Shown here: one piece after another, positions 18,075 through 27,706 of the stretch
Layout of the letters: each line of letters starts with the position of its first letter
Numbering within the stretch: position 1 is the stretch's first letter
NCBI GenBank assembly: GCA_035506135.1
Contig: DATJPY010000022.1
Coordinates: 40,110 to 104,109, forward strand
Length of the DNA stretch: 64,000 nucleotides
Reading direction: 5' to 3'
Source of the DNA: Myxococcota bacterium
GTDB taxonomy: Bacteria; Myxococcota_A; UBA9160; PR03
Position numbers and translations under genes: made by a program
The notes under the pieces: generated by a model
What the model was told of the DNA's origin: nothing
Database searches by the model: none
What the model saw: the letters and a program-made list of their open reading frames with translations, nothing else

Positions 18075-19280
18075 TCATCGCGCTCCGCCGGTTCGAATCT
18101 GCAGCCTCGCCCACCCTCGCACGCTCGCCGTGTGCGCCTTGGCGGCGCCGTCGTAGTCGACCTCCCACGAGGGCCAGCGAGTGAGGAGCTCGTCGAGCGC
18201 GACGCGGCCCTCGAGTCGGGCGAGCGCGGCGCCGAGGCAGTAGTGCAGGCCGTAGCCGAAGCTCAGGTGCGCGCCGTCGTCGCGGCGGATGTCGAAGCGG
18301 TCGGCGTCCGGGAAGTGGCGCTCGTCGCGGTTGGCCGAGCCGTTCAGCAGCAGCATGATCGCGTCCTTCGGCACCGTTCGGCCGTGGACCTCCACGTCGG
18401 CGGCGACGTAGCGGCACTGGACGGGAGACGGCGCCTCGTAGCGCAGCACCTCTTCGATCGCGCGCGGGATCAGCGATCGATCGGCGACGAGGGCCCGGCG
18501 CTGCTCGGGGTGGTCCGAGAGGAGCTGGGCCGCGAAGCCGATGAGCCGGGTCGCCGTCTCGTTCCCGGCCCCGGCGATCATGTTCGTGTAGAGGATCACC
18601 TCGCTGCGCGTCAGGCGGCGGCGCTCCCCGTCCGCCTCGACCTCCGCGTGCAGCAGCTCCGTCATCAGATCGTTCGACGGGTGCTGCGCCCGCCAGTCGA
18701 TGTAGTCGGCGATGAGCTGGCTGGGGTGGTCGACCGCGTTCGGGTCGAACTCGGCCGGCTTGCCGTCCCGGAGGAGGAGCTGCTCGTCCGTCTGCCTGCG
18801 AATCGCCTCCTGGTCCTGCTCGGGGATTCCGAGCAGGTAGCCGATCGTGCGCATGGGCACGAGCGCGGCGAAGTCGGCGATGACGTCGAACCGGTCCGCG
18901 CCCATCAGCGGATCGAGCGCGCGGGCGCAGAACTCCCGGACCAGCGGCTCGATGGCGTTCATCCGCCTCGGCGTGAAGACGCGGGTCAGCAGGCTGCGGT
19001 GCAGATCGTGGATCGGGGGATCCTCGAACAGGATGATGCCGGGAGGCAGCTCGACGTTCGCCCGGATGATGTCGAGGGTCGTCCCGCGGCCCGACCGATA
19101 GGTGTCCCAGTCGGCCAGCGCCTGCTCGACGTCGTCCCAGCGGGAGAGCGCGTAGAACTCGTGCTTCGCGTTGAAGTAGAGGGGCGCCTCGTCCCGCATG
19201 CGCTTCCAGACGGGATAGGGATCGTCGTCGATCGCGGCGTCGTACGGGTCGTAGTAGAGAGGGCGATCGAACTCGATCAT
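18075..19280 (-). CDS. cytochrome P450, 401 aa
   Basis: AGNETT I-helix, EVLRYE, haem loop [10 protein letters not shown]. Confidence 0.9.
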   Translation of the reverse strand: MIEFDRPLYYDPYDAAIDDDPYPVWKRMRDEAPLYFNAKHEFYALSRWDDVEQALADWDTYRSGRGTTLDIIRANVELPPGIILFEDPPIHDLHRSLLTRVFTPRRMNAIEPLVREFCARALDPLMGADRFDVIADFAALVPMRTIGYLLGIPEQDQEAIRRQTDEQLLLRDGKPAEFDPNAVDHPSQLIADYIDWRAQHPSNDLMTELLHAEVEADGERRRLTRSEVILYTNMIAGAGNETATRLIGFAAQLLSDHPEQRRALVADRSLIPRAIEEVLRYEAPSPVQCRYVAADVEVHGRTVPKDAIMLLLNGSANRDERHFPDADRFDIRRDDGAHLSFGYGLHYCLGAALARLEGRVALDELLTRWPSWEVDYDGAAKAHTASVRGWARLQIRTGGAR

Positions 19281-19287
19281 GCTCGTC

Positions 19288-20535
19288 CTAGGCGCGGCGC
19301 CGGAAGCGCAGCGGCAGATCGTTCAGGCCGCGGATGATGAAGGTCGGCGTGTAGGACAGCGCGCTCGGATCCACGAGCCGGAGGTCGTCGAGCCGTGCGA
19401 GCAGGCGCTCCACGCTGATCCGCGACTCCGCGCGCGCGAGGCTGGCGCCGGGACAGAAGTGCTCGGCGTGGCCGAAGGCGATGTTGCGCCGCGCGTTCGA
19501 GCGCTTCGGATCGAAGCGGTCCGGATCCTCGAAGACGCGCGGGTCGCGGTTGGCGGCGCCGATCACCGCCATCACCATCGAGCCCTCGGGAATGTCGACG
19601 CCGGCGAGCCTCGTGTCGCGCAGCGCCAGGCGGAAGGAGCCCTTGATCGGACCCTCGAGGCGCAGGCACTCCTCGATGAAGGTCGGGATCGCCTCGGGAT
19701 CCCTCCGGAGCTGGTCGGCGAGGGGGGGCTGCTCGGCGAGGACCCGCATCGCCGCGCAGAGCAGCCGCGCGGTGGTCTCCTGTCCGGCCGCGAAGACGAT
19801 GGCGGCGATGCGCACCACGTCCATCACGGCGGGCAGCTCGCCGTTCGGGAAGCGGACGTTGGCCAGCTTGCTCAGCACGTCCTCGCGCGGCTCCGCGCGA
19901 CGCTCCTCGATGTAGCGGGTGAAGTAGGGATGCAGGTTCGCGAACACGGAGTCGCCGGCGTGCCGGCCCTTGGGGTCGCCGACGTTGCCCGCCTGGCCGC
20001 CGAGCCAGCCGCGGAACGTCTCGTGGTGCTCGCGCGGGACCCCGAGCAGGTCGGCGATCACGAGCAGCGTGAAGGGCCGCGCGTAGCCCGCGGAGAACTC
20101 CACCTCGCCGCGTCCGGCGAACTCGTCGATCAGCCCCTCGGCGAGGGTCCACATGAACTCCTCGTTCTCCTTGAGGCGGTTCGGCGTGAAGAGCTTGCCG
20201 ACCAGCGCGCGATGCCGGGTGTGCTTGGGCGGATCGAGCGAGGTGAGCTGGTCTCCCATCGGGATCTCGCCGCGGCGGCGCTCGATCATGTCGGTGAGGC
20301 TCTCGCCTTCCGAGCGCGGAGGGAGCTTCACGAGCGGACCGAGGGGGCCCACGATCGCCGAGAAGCGATCGTGGTCCGCGTAGACCTCGAGGATCTCGTC
20401 GATGCTCGACAGCATGAAGACGCCGCGGTGCGGCTCGCGCCAGACCGGCCCGCGCTCCCGCAGCGCGGCGTAGTAGGGGAGCGGATCCTGGAGGATCCCG
20501 GGGTCGGTGAAGAAGTCCCGCTCGAGGACGTTCAT
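19288..20535 (-). CDS. cytochrome P450, 415 aa
   Basis: ATG at 20535 in an ATGA overlap with the upstream stop ([13 protein letters not shown]..). AGQETT, ECLRLE, haem loop [10 protein letters not shown]. The 720-aa listed ORF is an off-frame extension. Confidence 0.9.
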   Translation of the reverse strand: MNVLERDFFTDPGILQDPLPYYAALRERGPVWREPHRGVFMLSSIDEILEVYADHDRFSAIVGPLGPLVKLPPRSEGESLTDMIERRRGEIPMGDQLTSLDPPKHTRHRALVGKLFTPNRLKENEEFMWTLAEGLIDEFAGRGEVEFSAGYARPFTLLVIADLLGVPREHHETFRGWLGGQAGNVGDPKGRHAGDSVFANLHPYFTRYIEERRAEPREDVLSKLANVRFPNGELPAVMDVVRIAAIVFAAGQETTARLLCAAMRVLAEQPPLADQLRRDPEAIPTFIEECLRLEGPIKGSFRLALRDTRLAGVDIPEGSMVMAVIGAANRDPRVFEDPDRFDPKRSNARRNIAFGHAEHFCPGASLARAESRISVERLLARLDDLRLVDPSALSYTPTFIIRGLNDLPLRFRRRA

Positions 20536-21875
20536 CCCGCGCCCCCGGGCTTGCTCTCGAACGGGGTCGAGAACGCGCCGGCCATCTGCTTGATGATGTC
20601 GCCGACCGTCGCGTAGCCCTTGGCGTAGTCGGACGGCGCCTTGCCGCCGGCGCCGACGATCGGCGCGAGGTCGACGTGCTTCGCCTGGGCGCGCAGCGCG
20701 GCGACCGTGCACTTCTCCTTCGGGATGTGCTTGAAGGGGTCGTACTGGAAGTGCCGCGTGGTGTTCTGCCAGGTCATCTTGTGGACGTCGGCGTCGGGCA
20801 CGCCCGCGAGCGAGGCAAAGAGCGTCTCCGGAGCCTTCGGCCACGTCGAGTCGGAGTGCGGGTAGTCGCACTCCCAGGTGATGTTGTCGATTCCGATCAG
20901 CTCGCGGTTGCGCACGCCGGCGGCGTCGTCGATGAAGCAGGTGATGATGTGCTCGCGGAAGACGTCGCTCGGCTTCTTGCCGTTCGGGAAGCCGTGCAGC
21001 GTCCAGCGATGGTGGTGGTCGTGCACGTAGTCGATGCGCTCGAGGAAGTACGGGATCCAGCCGATCCCGCCCTCCGAGAGCGCGATCTTGAGCGCCGGGA
21101 ACTTGTTGAAGATCTCCGAGAACACGAGCTCGGTGGCGCAGTTGAAGAGCGTGATCGGCGTGCCCGCGATCATCACCTCGATCGGGGCGCCCGGATCCTG
21201 GAGATTCATGCGCGTGCCCGAGCCGATGTGGATGCAGACGACCGTCCCCTCGTCGGCGCACGCCTTCCAGAACGGATCCCAGTGCTCGCTGTGCAGGCTC
21301 GGACGGCCGAGCCCGCCCGGGTTGTCGGCGAACGTGACGGCGTGGCAGCCCTTGCGCGCGACGCGGTGCACCTCGCGCCCCATCTCCGCGGGATCCCAGA
21401 TGGGCGGGATCGCGAGCGGGATGAAGCGGCCCGGATGCTTCCCGCACCATTCATCGATGTGCCAGTCGTTGTAGGCGCGCAGCATGGTGATGGCGAGCTC
21501 GCCGTTGCCCGCGTCGGCCTGGCGGCCGAACAGCTCGCCGACGAAGCCCGGCACCGTCGGGAAGCAGAGCGAGCCGAGCACGCCGTTGGCGTTCATGTCC
21601 TCGACCCGCGCGTCGACGTTCCAGCAGCCGCGCCGCAACTGCGAGAGCGCCGTCGGCTCCATCCCGTACTCCTCGGGACGGCGGCCCGCCACGGCGTTCA
21701 GGCCGACGTTGGGGATCTGCTGCCCCTCGAACACCCAGACGTCGCTCCCGTCCTGCTTGTGGAGCAGGCGGGGCGCGCGCGACTTCCACTTCGCGTCGAG
21801 GTGTCGCTCCCACATGTCGGGGGGCTCGCAGACGTGGTCGTCGACGCTCACCAGGATCATGTCGTCCATCTTCAT
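20532..21875 (-). CDS. amidohydrolase-2 (ACMSD-type metal-dependent hydrolase/decarboxylase) family protein, 447 aa
   Basis: [12 protein letters not shown] start motif, ..HIGSG.., ..[13 protein letters not shown].. C-terminal metal-ligand region. Confidence 0.85.
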   Translation of the reverse strand: MKMDDMILVSVDDHVCEPPDMWERHLDAKWKSRAPRLLHKQDGSDVWVFEGQQIPNVGLNAVAGRRPEEYGMEPTALSQLRRGCWNVDARVEDMNANGVLGSLCFPTVPGFVGELFGRQADAGNGELAITMLRAYNDWHIDEWCGKHPGRFIPLAIPPIWDPAEMGREVHRVARKGCHAVTFADNPGGLGRPSLHSEHWDPFWKACADEGTVVCIHIGSGTRMNLQDPGAPIEVMIAGTPITLFNCATELVFSEIFNKFPALKIALSEGGIGWIPYFLERIDYVHDHHHRWTLHGFPNGKKPSDVFREHIITCFIDDAAGVRNRELIGIDNITWECDYPHSDSTWPKAPETLFASLAGVPDADVHKMTWQNTTRHFQYDPFKHIPKEKCTVAALRAQAKHVDLAPIVGAGGKAPSDYAKGYATVGDIIKQMAGAFSTPFESKPGGAG

Positions 21876-21897
21876 GACCGTCCTCCTCGAATGCGGC

Positions 21898-23103
21898 TCA
21901 GCGCCGGGGCAGGCCGAGCACGCGCTGCGCGATGATGTTGCGTTGGATCTCGGAGGTGCCCGCCGAGATCGTGGCTGCGTAGCTCACCAGGTACTGCTTC
22001 ATCCACGGCTTCGGTCCGCGGCTCTCGTCGAAGCTCCAGCCCTCGAACTCCACGTCGAGCGCGTCGACGCCGAGGGCCTCGGTCGCCAGGCGCGCGGCGC
22101 GCTGGGCGATCTCGGAGCCGAAGAGCTTGAGCACCGAGTGCTCGGGCGAGGCCTGGCCGCGGGCGAACTTCGCGAAGCCCCGGTAGCCCATGAACCACAT
22201 CGCCTGCGCGTCGACGTACAGGCTCGCGAGGTCGTCGCGGAGCTTCGGGCTCTCGCCGATCCGCCGGCCGTCGGGCCCGGGCTGGCGCGCGAGCCCGCGC
22301 AGGCGATCGAGCAGATCGTCGAGGCGCCGGGCGGCCGCCAGCCACATCATACCGCGCTCGTGGGCCAGCGAGCCCGCCGAGATCGCCCAGCCCTGGTTGA
22401 GCGGCCCGACGAGGTGATCGCGCGGGACGACCACCTCGTCGAAGAACACCTCGTTGAAGTCCACGTAGTCCCGGTCGGTGAGCTCGGGCAGCGGCCGCAC
22501 CCGGACCCCCGGCGCCTTCATGTCGATGATGACGACGCTGATGCCGCGGTGCTTGGGCGCCGCCGGATCGGTGCGCACGAAGCAGAAGCAGTGGTCCGCG
22601 TGGTGCGCTCCCGAGGTCCAGATCTTCTGCCCGGTCACCACGAAGTGGTCGTCGCGCACCTCGGCTCGGGTCGAGAGACCGGCGAGATCGCTGCCCGCTC
22701 CGGGCTCGCTCATCCCCAGGCACCAGGAGATCTCGGCGCGCAGCGTCGGCAGCAGATACCGGCTCTTCAGGAAGTCGCTGCCGTAGTCGTGGATCGACGG
22801 CGCGATGATCCCGAGCCCCTGCGGGTTGGTGCTGCGCTCGACCGGGACCCTCGCCATCTCCTCGTGGTACACGAGCTGCTGTACGGGGGGCAGGTTCCGC
22901 CCCCCGAGCGCGGGCGGCCATCCGGGAACGAGCAGCCCCGCGTCGAAGAGCCGCCGCTGCCAGCGCCGGGACCAGCCGGGCAGGTGGCCGGAGCTGGTCA
23001 GGGGCTCGGCGCGCATCTCCTCCTGCGTCGGCTGGCTCACCTCGAGCCACGCGCGGAGCTCTGCGCGGAATCTCTCCGTCTCGGCGTCGTAGTGGAGCTG
23101 CAC
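21898..23103 (-). CDS. acyl-CoA dehydrogenase, 401 aa
   Basis: GTG start. WCLGMSEPGAGSDLAGL and ..ISAGTSEIQRNIIA.. ACAD signatures. Confidence 0.9.
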   Translation of the reverse strand: MQLHYDAETERFRAELRAWLEVSQPTQEEMRAEPLTSSGHLPGWSRRWQRRLFDAGLLVPGWPPALGGRNLPPVQQLVYHEEMARVPVERSTNPQGLGIIAPSIHDYGSDFLKSRYLLPTLRAEISWCLGMSEPGAGSDLAGLSTRAEVRDDHFVVTGQKIWTSGAHHADHCFCFVRTDPAAPKHRGISVVIIDMKAPGVRVRPLPELTDRDYVDFNEVFFDEVVVPRDHLVGPLNQGWAISAGSLAHERGMMWLAAARRLDDLLDRLRGLARQPGPDGRRIGESPKLRDDLASLYVDAQAMWFMGYRGFAKFARGQASPEHSVLKLFGSEIAQRAARLATEALGVDALDVEFEGWSFDESRGPKPWMKQYLVSYAATISAGTSEIQRNIIAQRVLGLPRR

Positions 23104-23104
23104 G

Positions 23105-24223
23105 TCAGAGCTCCAGCAGCGCCGCGATGCGCTGGCGGTGCGAGCGGCCCGTGCCGAACAGCGCCTCGAGGGTCTTGGCGCGCTTGACGAAGAGATGGAC
23201 GTCGCTCTCCCACGTGTAGCCCATGCCCCCGTGGATCTGGATCGCCTCCTTGCAGACGAGCCGCTGGCAGTCGCTCGCGGCCGCCTTCGCCATCGACGCG
23301 GCGAGCGCGCGGCGGGGATCGTCCTCGGCCACGGCCATCATCGCGAAGTAGCCAGTGGCCCGGGCCTTCTCGATCTGCACGAACATGTCGGCGCACTTGT
23401 GCTGGACGGCCTGGAAGGCTCCGATCGGCTGGTCGAACTGGCGCCGGCTCCCGGCGTGCTCGAGGGTCCGGTCGAGCAGGCTCTGGCAGGTGCCCACGCA
23501 CTCGAGCGCCGCGGCGACCGTGGCGCGCTCGAGCGCGCGCCCGAGGGCGGGCGCGCAGCGGCCCGGTGTGCCGAGCACGCGGTCGGGGCCGACGCGCACG
23601 CCGTCGAAGGACAGATGGGCGAGCGGGCGGCTCGGGTCGAGCGCGACCACCCGGCGCGCCTTCGCGGCTCCCTGCGGCACCACGAACAGCGCCACGCCGT
23701 CGCCCGCGTCGACGCGAGCGGCCACCGCGATCTCGTCGGCCGCGTCGCCATCGAGCACGTAGGAGCGCTCTCCCTCCAGGACCCAGTCGCTCCCCGCGCG
23801 TCGCGCGTGCAGGCTCTCGCCGGGCTCGTGCTCCGCTGCGCGGCCGTGATCGATGGCGAGCGCGCCGCGCAGCGCGCCCTCTCCCGCCGGCCTCGCGAGC
23901 CGCTCGAGCTGGTCGGGAGCTCCGGCCTCGCACAGGAGCGGCAAGAACTGGGTCACCGTGGCCAGGAACGGCCCGGGCGCGATGCAGCCGCCGTGCTGCT
24001 CGACGACCAGGCCGACGGACGTGAAGCCGAGCGCGAGACCGCCCAGATCCTCGGGCAGATCGATCGAGGTCCACCCGAGCTCGCGCGCGCTTCGCCAGGG
24101 CTGCTCGGGCGCGCTGCCGTTCTCGACGATGTCGCGCACCAACGAGGTCGGACACTCCTTCGCGAGCACGGACCGCACCGAGTCGACCAGCTCCTGCTGC
24201 TCCGGCGTGACCTCGAAGTTCAT
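23105..24223 (-). CDS. acyl-CoA dehydrogenase-family protein (partner subunit), 372 aa
   Basis: ACAD C-terminal pattern (..QFDQPIGAFQAVQHKCADM.., ..IQIHGGMGYTWE..). 1-nt gap to the next ACAD, ATGA overlap with TetR. Confidence 0.85.
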   Translation of the reverse strand: MNFEVTPEQQELVDSVRSVLAKECPTSLVRDIVENGSAPEQPWRSARELGWTSIDLPEDLGGLALGFTSVGLVVEQHGGCIAPGPFLATVTQFLPLLCEAGAPDQLERLARPAGEGALRGALAIDHGRAAEHEPGESLHARRAGSDWVLEGERSYVLDGDAADEIAVAARVDAGDGVALFVVPQGAAKARRVVALDPSRPLAHLSFDGVRVGPDRVLGTPGRCAPALGRALERATVAAALECVGTCQSLLDRTLEHAGSRRQFDQPIGAFQAVQHKCADMFVQIEKARATGYFAMMAVAEDDPRRALAASMAKAAASDCQRLVCKEAIQIHGGMGYTWESDVHLFVKRAKTLEALFGTGRSHRQRIAALLEL

Positions 24224-24885
24224 CGACGCCTCCGGGCCGTGCCGGCTCGCCGCTCTTCGATGCCGAGCATGCTCCGCGCCACGAGCAGGATCTCGCGCTT
24301 GTGCTCCTCGAGCGCGGACTCGCTCCAGACGTCGAACGAGACGTCGACGGTGAGCCAGGGCATCGCCGCGAAGTGGAACACCGTGGTCGCGCCCATCAGG
24401 CTGATGAACCGATGCGGATCGACCCGCGGCTTGAGCTCACCCGACGCGACACCTTCCTGGATCAACGCGCGGAACGTCTCGATGGGCGCCCGGCCCGCGC
24501 GCACGATGGGCGACTCCATGCCCGGGTGCGCGTTCGCCGCCTCGCGCAGGATCAGGCGCGCGACGCTCGGACGTCGCGTGACGTAGTCGATCCAGCCGAT
24601 CAGGGACGCCTCCAGCCGCTCCGCGACGCTGCCGTGGCTCGGGAGCGTCGCGCTCGCGCCGCGGAAGACCTCGTCGAGCACCTCCGCGTAGAGCTCCTGC
24701 TTGTCGCCGAAGTGGTAGAAGATGGCGGCGCGCCGGATGCCGACGTCGGCGGCGATGTCGTCGAGGCGCGTGGCCTCGAAGCCGCGCTCGGCGAAGAGGC
24801 GCTCGGCAGCGGCCACGATCTCGGCGCGGGTCTGGAGGCCGCGGTCACGGCGGGCGACGGGAGCGGGGGCGGCTCGGCTGGACAT
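24220..24885 (-). CDS. TetR-family transcriptional regulator, 221 aa
   Basis: N-terminal HTH ..FEATRLDDIAADVGIRRAAIFYHFGDKQELY... First gene of the long minus-strand operon. Confidence 0.85.
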   Translation of the reverse strand: MSSRAAPAPVARRDRGLQTRAEIVAAAERLFAERGFEATRLDDIAADVGIRRAAIFYHFGDKQELYAEVLDEVFRGASATLPSHGSVAERLEASLIGWIDYVTRRPSVARLILREAANAHPGMESPIVRAGRAPIETFRALIQEGVASGELKPRVDPHRFISLMGATTVFHFAAMPWLTVDVSFDVWSESALEEHKREILLVARSMLGIEERRAGTARRRR

Positions 24886-24890
24886 CGCGG

Positions 24891-24920
24891 TTGACGATTA
24901 TACTGGCGCGCCAGTAAGCT
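24891..24920 (+). promoter_or_regulatory. sigma-70-like promoter TTGACG-N18-TAAGCT for the plus-strand operon
   Basis: TTGACG at 24891-24896 and TAAGCT at 24915-24920. GGAGG RBS lies before the ATG at 24945. Confidence 0.4.
24901..24916. promoter_or_regulatory. perfect 16-bp palindrome, candidate TetR operator
   Basis: TACTGGCGCGCCAGTA is self-complementary. It lies in the 59-bp divergent region between the TetR gene and the amidohydrolase gene, inside the promoter spacer. Confidence 0.5.
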
Positions 24921-24944
24921 AGGCAACAGCCCTGGAGGCAGCCG

Positions 24945-26036
24945 ATGACCCTTCCCGCCGACCAGATCGTGATCTCGGCCGACGACCACCTCGACATCCA
25001 CGCCATGGCGCCCGACGTGTGGTCGTCGCGCCTGCCCGCGGCCTGGCGCGAGCGCGGCCCGCACGTCGAGGAGACTCCCGACGGGCCGTACTGGATCTGC
25101 GACGGCCGCCGCATCGCGCCGAGCGGCCGCAAGGAGGCCGGCTACCTGTCGGCCAACGACCACGGCTTCCGGCCCGGCCAGCCGCAGACGCGGCTCGAGG
25201 ACATGGACCGCGACGGCGTCCGCGCGCAGGTGATCTACGGCCCGACGTGTACGCACCTGCAGATCACCGACGCGGGCCTACACGAGCAGGTGTCCAGGGT
25301 CTACAACGACTGGGCGGCCGAGTTCCAGCGCGAGGCGCCGGACCGCCTGGTGCTGCTTCCCGACATCCCCTCGTACGAGCCGAAGGCCGCCGCGCGCGAG
25401 CTGCAGCGCTGCGCCGGACTCGGCCACAAGGGCGCGATCGTCAGCAGCACGGTGGGCAGGGGCGAGCCGCTCTTCGCCGACGAGTGGAAGGTGTTCTGGG
25501 ACGCCGCGCAGGAGATCGGCGTGCCGATCCACGTGCACCTCTCGGGAGGCCTGCACAGCCTCCGGATGACGCCCGGCTCGTGGCGCATGCCGGCGGCCGT
25601 CGCGGTCGTCCCGATGCAGCTCGACGAGACCCTGGCCGGCATGATCTTCTCGGGCACCCTCGAGCAGCGTCCCCGCGTCCAGTTCGTGATGGGCGAGGCG
25701 GGCCTCGGCTGGATCCCGTACGTGATCGAGCGGCTCGACCACGAGGCGCACAAGTACGGATCGAAGATCCGCGACCACAAGATCGCGATGCTGCCGAGCG
25801 AGATCTTCGCGAGGCAGGTGTTCACCACCTACGAGGACGAGCAGCTCGGCGTCGAGCTGATCCCGCGCATCGGCGCCGACAACGTGATGTGGGCCTCGGA
25901 CTACCCGCACGGCGACAGCACCTGGCCCCACTCGCGCAAGGCGCTGGCCGAGTCGTCGCTCGCGCGGCACGGACCCGAGGTCCTGCGCAAGGTGACCTGC
26001 GACAACGCCGCGCGCCTCTACGGCTTCCCCATCTGA
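24945..26036 (+). CDS. amidohydrolase-2 (ACMSD-type) family protein, 363 aa
   Basis: IVISADDHLDIH, ..HVHLSGG.., ..WASDYPHGDSTWP... Paralogous in fold to 20532..21875. Confidence 0.85.
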   Translation: MTLPADQIVISADDHLDIHAMAPDVWSSRLPAAWRERGPHVEETPDGPYWICDGRRIAPSGRKEAGYLSANDHGFRPGQPQTRLEDMDRDGVRAQVIYGPTCTHLQITDAGLHEQVSRVYNDWAAEFQREAPDRLVLLPDIPSYEPKAAARELQRCAGLGHKGAIVSSTVGRGEPLFADEWKVFWDAAQEIGVPIHVHLSGGLHSLRMTPGSWRMPAAVAVVPMQLDETLAGMIFSGTLEQRPRVQFVMGEAGLGWIPYVIERLDHEAHKYGSKIRDHKIAMLPSEIFARQVFTTYEDEQLGVELIPRIGADNVMWASDYPHGDSTWPHSRKALAESSLARHGPEVLRKVTCDNAARLYGFPI

Positions 26037-26083
26037 GGCGATACGGATCGCCACGCGAGGGCAGCCGGGGCAACATCCGAGAC

Positions 26084-27706
26084 GTGTCTCCCCCGACCGA
26101 GGCGCAGCGCACCCTGAACGAGACGATCCCCGGCGCCGTCGCCGCGAGCATCGCCGCGTGGCCCGACGCCGAGGCCGTCGTGGAGCCCGAGCGGCGGATC
26201 ACGTACCGCGAGCTCGGCCAGCTCGTCGACGCGTCGACCCGAGCCATGATGGCGGCGGGCGTGGGGCCGGGCGATCGCGTCGCCGTCTGGGCGCCGAACG
26301 GCCTCGGATGGATCGTCGCCGCCCTCGGCGCGCAGTCCGCGGGCGCAGCCCTCGTGCCCATCAACACGCGCTTCAAGGGCCAGGAGGCCGCCCACCTCCT
26401 CTCCGCCTCGAAGGCGGCGGTCCTCGTCACCACTGTCGGCTTCCTCGGGACCGACACCGTCGGCATGCTGCGCGCGTCGGGGACACCGCTGCCCCACCTC
26501 GAGCGGATCGTGCTGCTCGAAGGGTCGGCACCCGCCGTGGAGGGACCCGGCGACACCGAGGTGGAGCGCTGGCAGGCGTTCCTCGCGCGCGCCGAGGCGA
26601 TCCCCGCCGAGGCGGCGGCGCAGCGCCGGCAGGGCGTGCGACCCGTGGACCCGAGCGACATCCTCTTCACGTCCGGAACGACGGGGCGCCCGAAGGGCGT
26701 GATCATGAATCACGGCCAGACGGTGGCGCAGTTCCGCGCGTGGTGTGCGTTCGCCGGGCTCGGAGCCGGCGACCGCTATCTGATCGTCAACCCGTTCTTC
26801 CACATGTTCGGGTACAAGGCAGGATGGCTCGCGAGCCTGCTCCAGGGCGCCACGATCGTCCCGGTCCCCGTCTTCGACGTCCCGAAGGTGCTGTCGCTGG
26901 TGGAGACGGAGCGGATCACGGTGCTTCCCGGTCCCCCCACGATCTATCGCTCCATCCTCGATCACCCCGAGCGCCGCACGTTCGATCTCGGCACGCTTCG
27001 CGTCGCCGTGACCGGAGCCGCCGACGTCCCCGTCGAGCTGATCCGCGAGATGCGCGCCGAGCTGCCCTTCCGCTCGATCCTCACCGGCTACGGGCTCACC
27101 GAGGCCGGGACGTGCACGGGCTCGCGGGCCGACGACGACGCCGAGACGATCGCCACGACGGCGGGGCGCGCGATGGACGGCCTCGACGTCATCGTCGCCG
27201 GCGCCGACGGGAGGGAGGTCGAGCGCGGCACCACCGGCGAGCTGCTGGTCCGCGGCTATGGCGTGATGCAGGGCTATCTCGACGACCTGGCGGCGACCGC
27301 CGCGGCAATCGACGAGCGGGGCTTCCTGCACACCGGCGATCTGGCGACGATGGACGACCGCGGCTACGTGCGCATCGTCGGGCGGTCGAAGGACATGCTC
27401 ATCGTCGGCGGGTTCAACGTGTATCCGGCCGAGGTCGAGAATGCCCTGCTGGCGCACGACGCAATCGGCCAGGTCGCGGTCATCGGCGTTCCCGATTCGC
27501 GCATGGGCGAGGTCGCCCTGGCGTACGTGGTTCCCGCACCGGGGCGATCCATCGACCCGGCTGCGATCATCGCCTGGGCCCGCGAGCGCCTCGCCAACTA
27601 CAAGGTGCCGCGGTTCGTCGTCGCCACCGGGTCCCTGCCGACCAACGCCACGGGCAAGGTCGTGAAGGACGAGCTCCGCGCCCGCGCCGCGGCAGACCTG
27701 TCGTGA
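26084..27706 (+). CDS. AMP-dependent acyl-CoA synthetase/ligase, 540 aa
   Basis: GTG at 26084 (start uncertain). ILFTSGTTGRPKGV AMP-binding motif, ..TGDLATMDDRGYVRIVGRSKD.., C-terminal ..TNATGKVVK... Confidence 0.85.
   Translation: MSPPTEAQRTLNETIPGAVAASIAAWPDAEAVVEPERRITYRELGQLVDASTRAMMAAGVGPGDRVAVWAPNGLGWIVAALGAQSAGAALVPINTRFKGQEAAHLLSASKAAVLVTTVGFLGTDTVGMLRASGTPLPHLERIVLLEGSAPAVEGPGDTEVERWQAFLARAEAIPAEAAAQRRQGVRPVDPSDILFTSGTTGRPKGVIMNHGQTVAQFRAWCAFAGLGAGDRYLIVNPFFHMFGYKAGWLASLLQGATIVPVPVFDVPKVLSLVETERITVLPGPPTIYRSILDHPERRTFDLGTLRVAVTGAADVPVELIREMRAELPFRSILTGYGLTEAGTCTGSRADDDAETIATTAGRAMDGLDVIVAGADGREVERGTTGELLVRGYGVMQGYLDDLAATAAAIDERGFLHTGDLATMDDRGYVRIVGRSKDMLIVGGFNVYPAEVENALLAHDAIGQVAVIGVPDSRMGEVALAYVVPAPGRSIDPAAIIAWARERLANYKVPRFVVATGSLPTNATGKVVKDELRARAAADLS

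Noticed and set aside
25019-27706. 895-aa ORF that would fuse sequence over the amidohydrolase gene to the acyl-CoA ligase.
   Set aside because: The first ~355 codons are an off-frame reading of the amidohydrolase gene (24945..26036) and look like junk. Ligase-like sequence begins only near the GTG at 26084.
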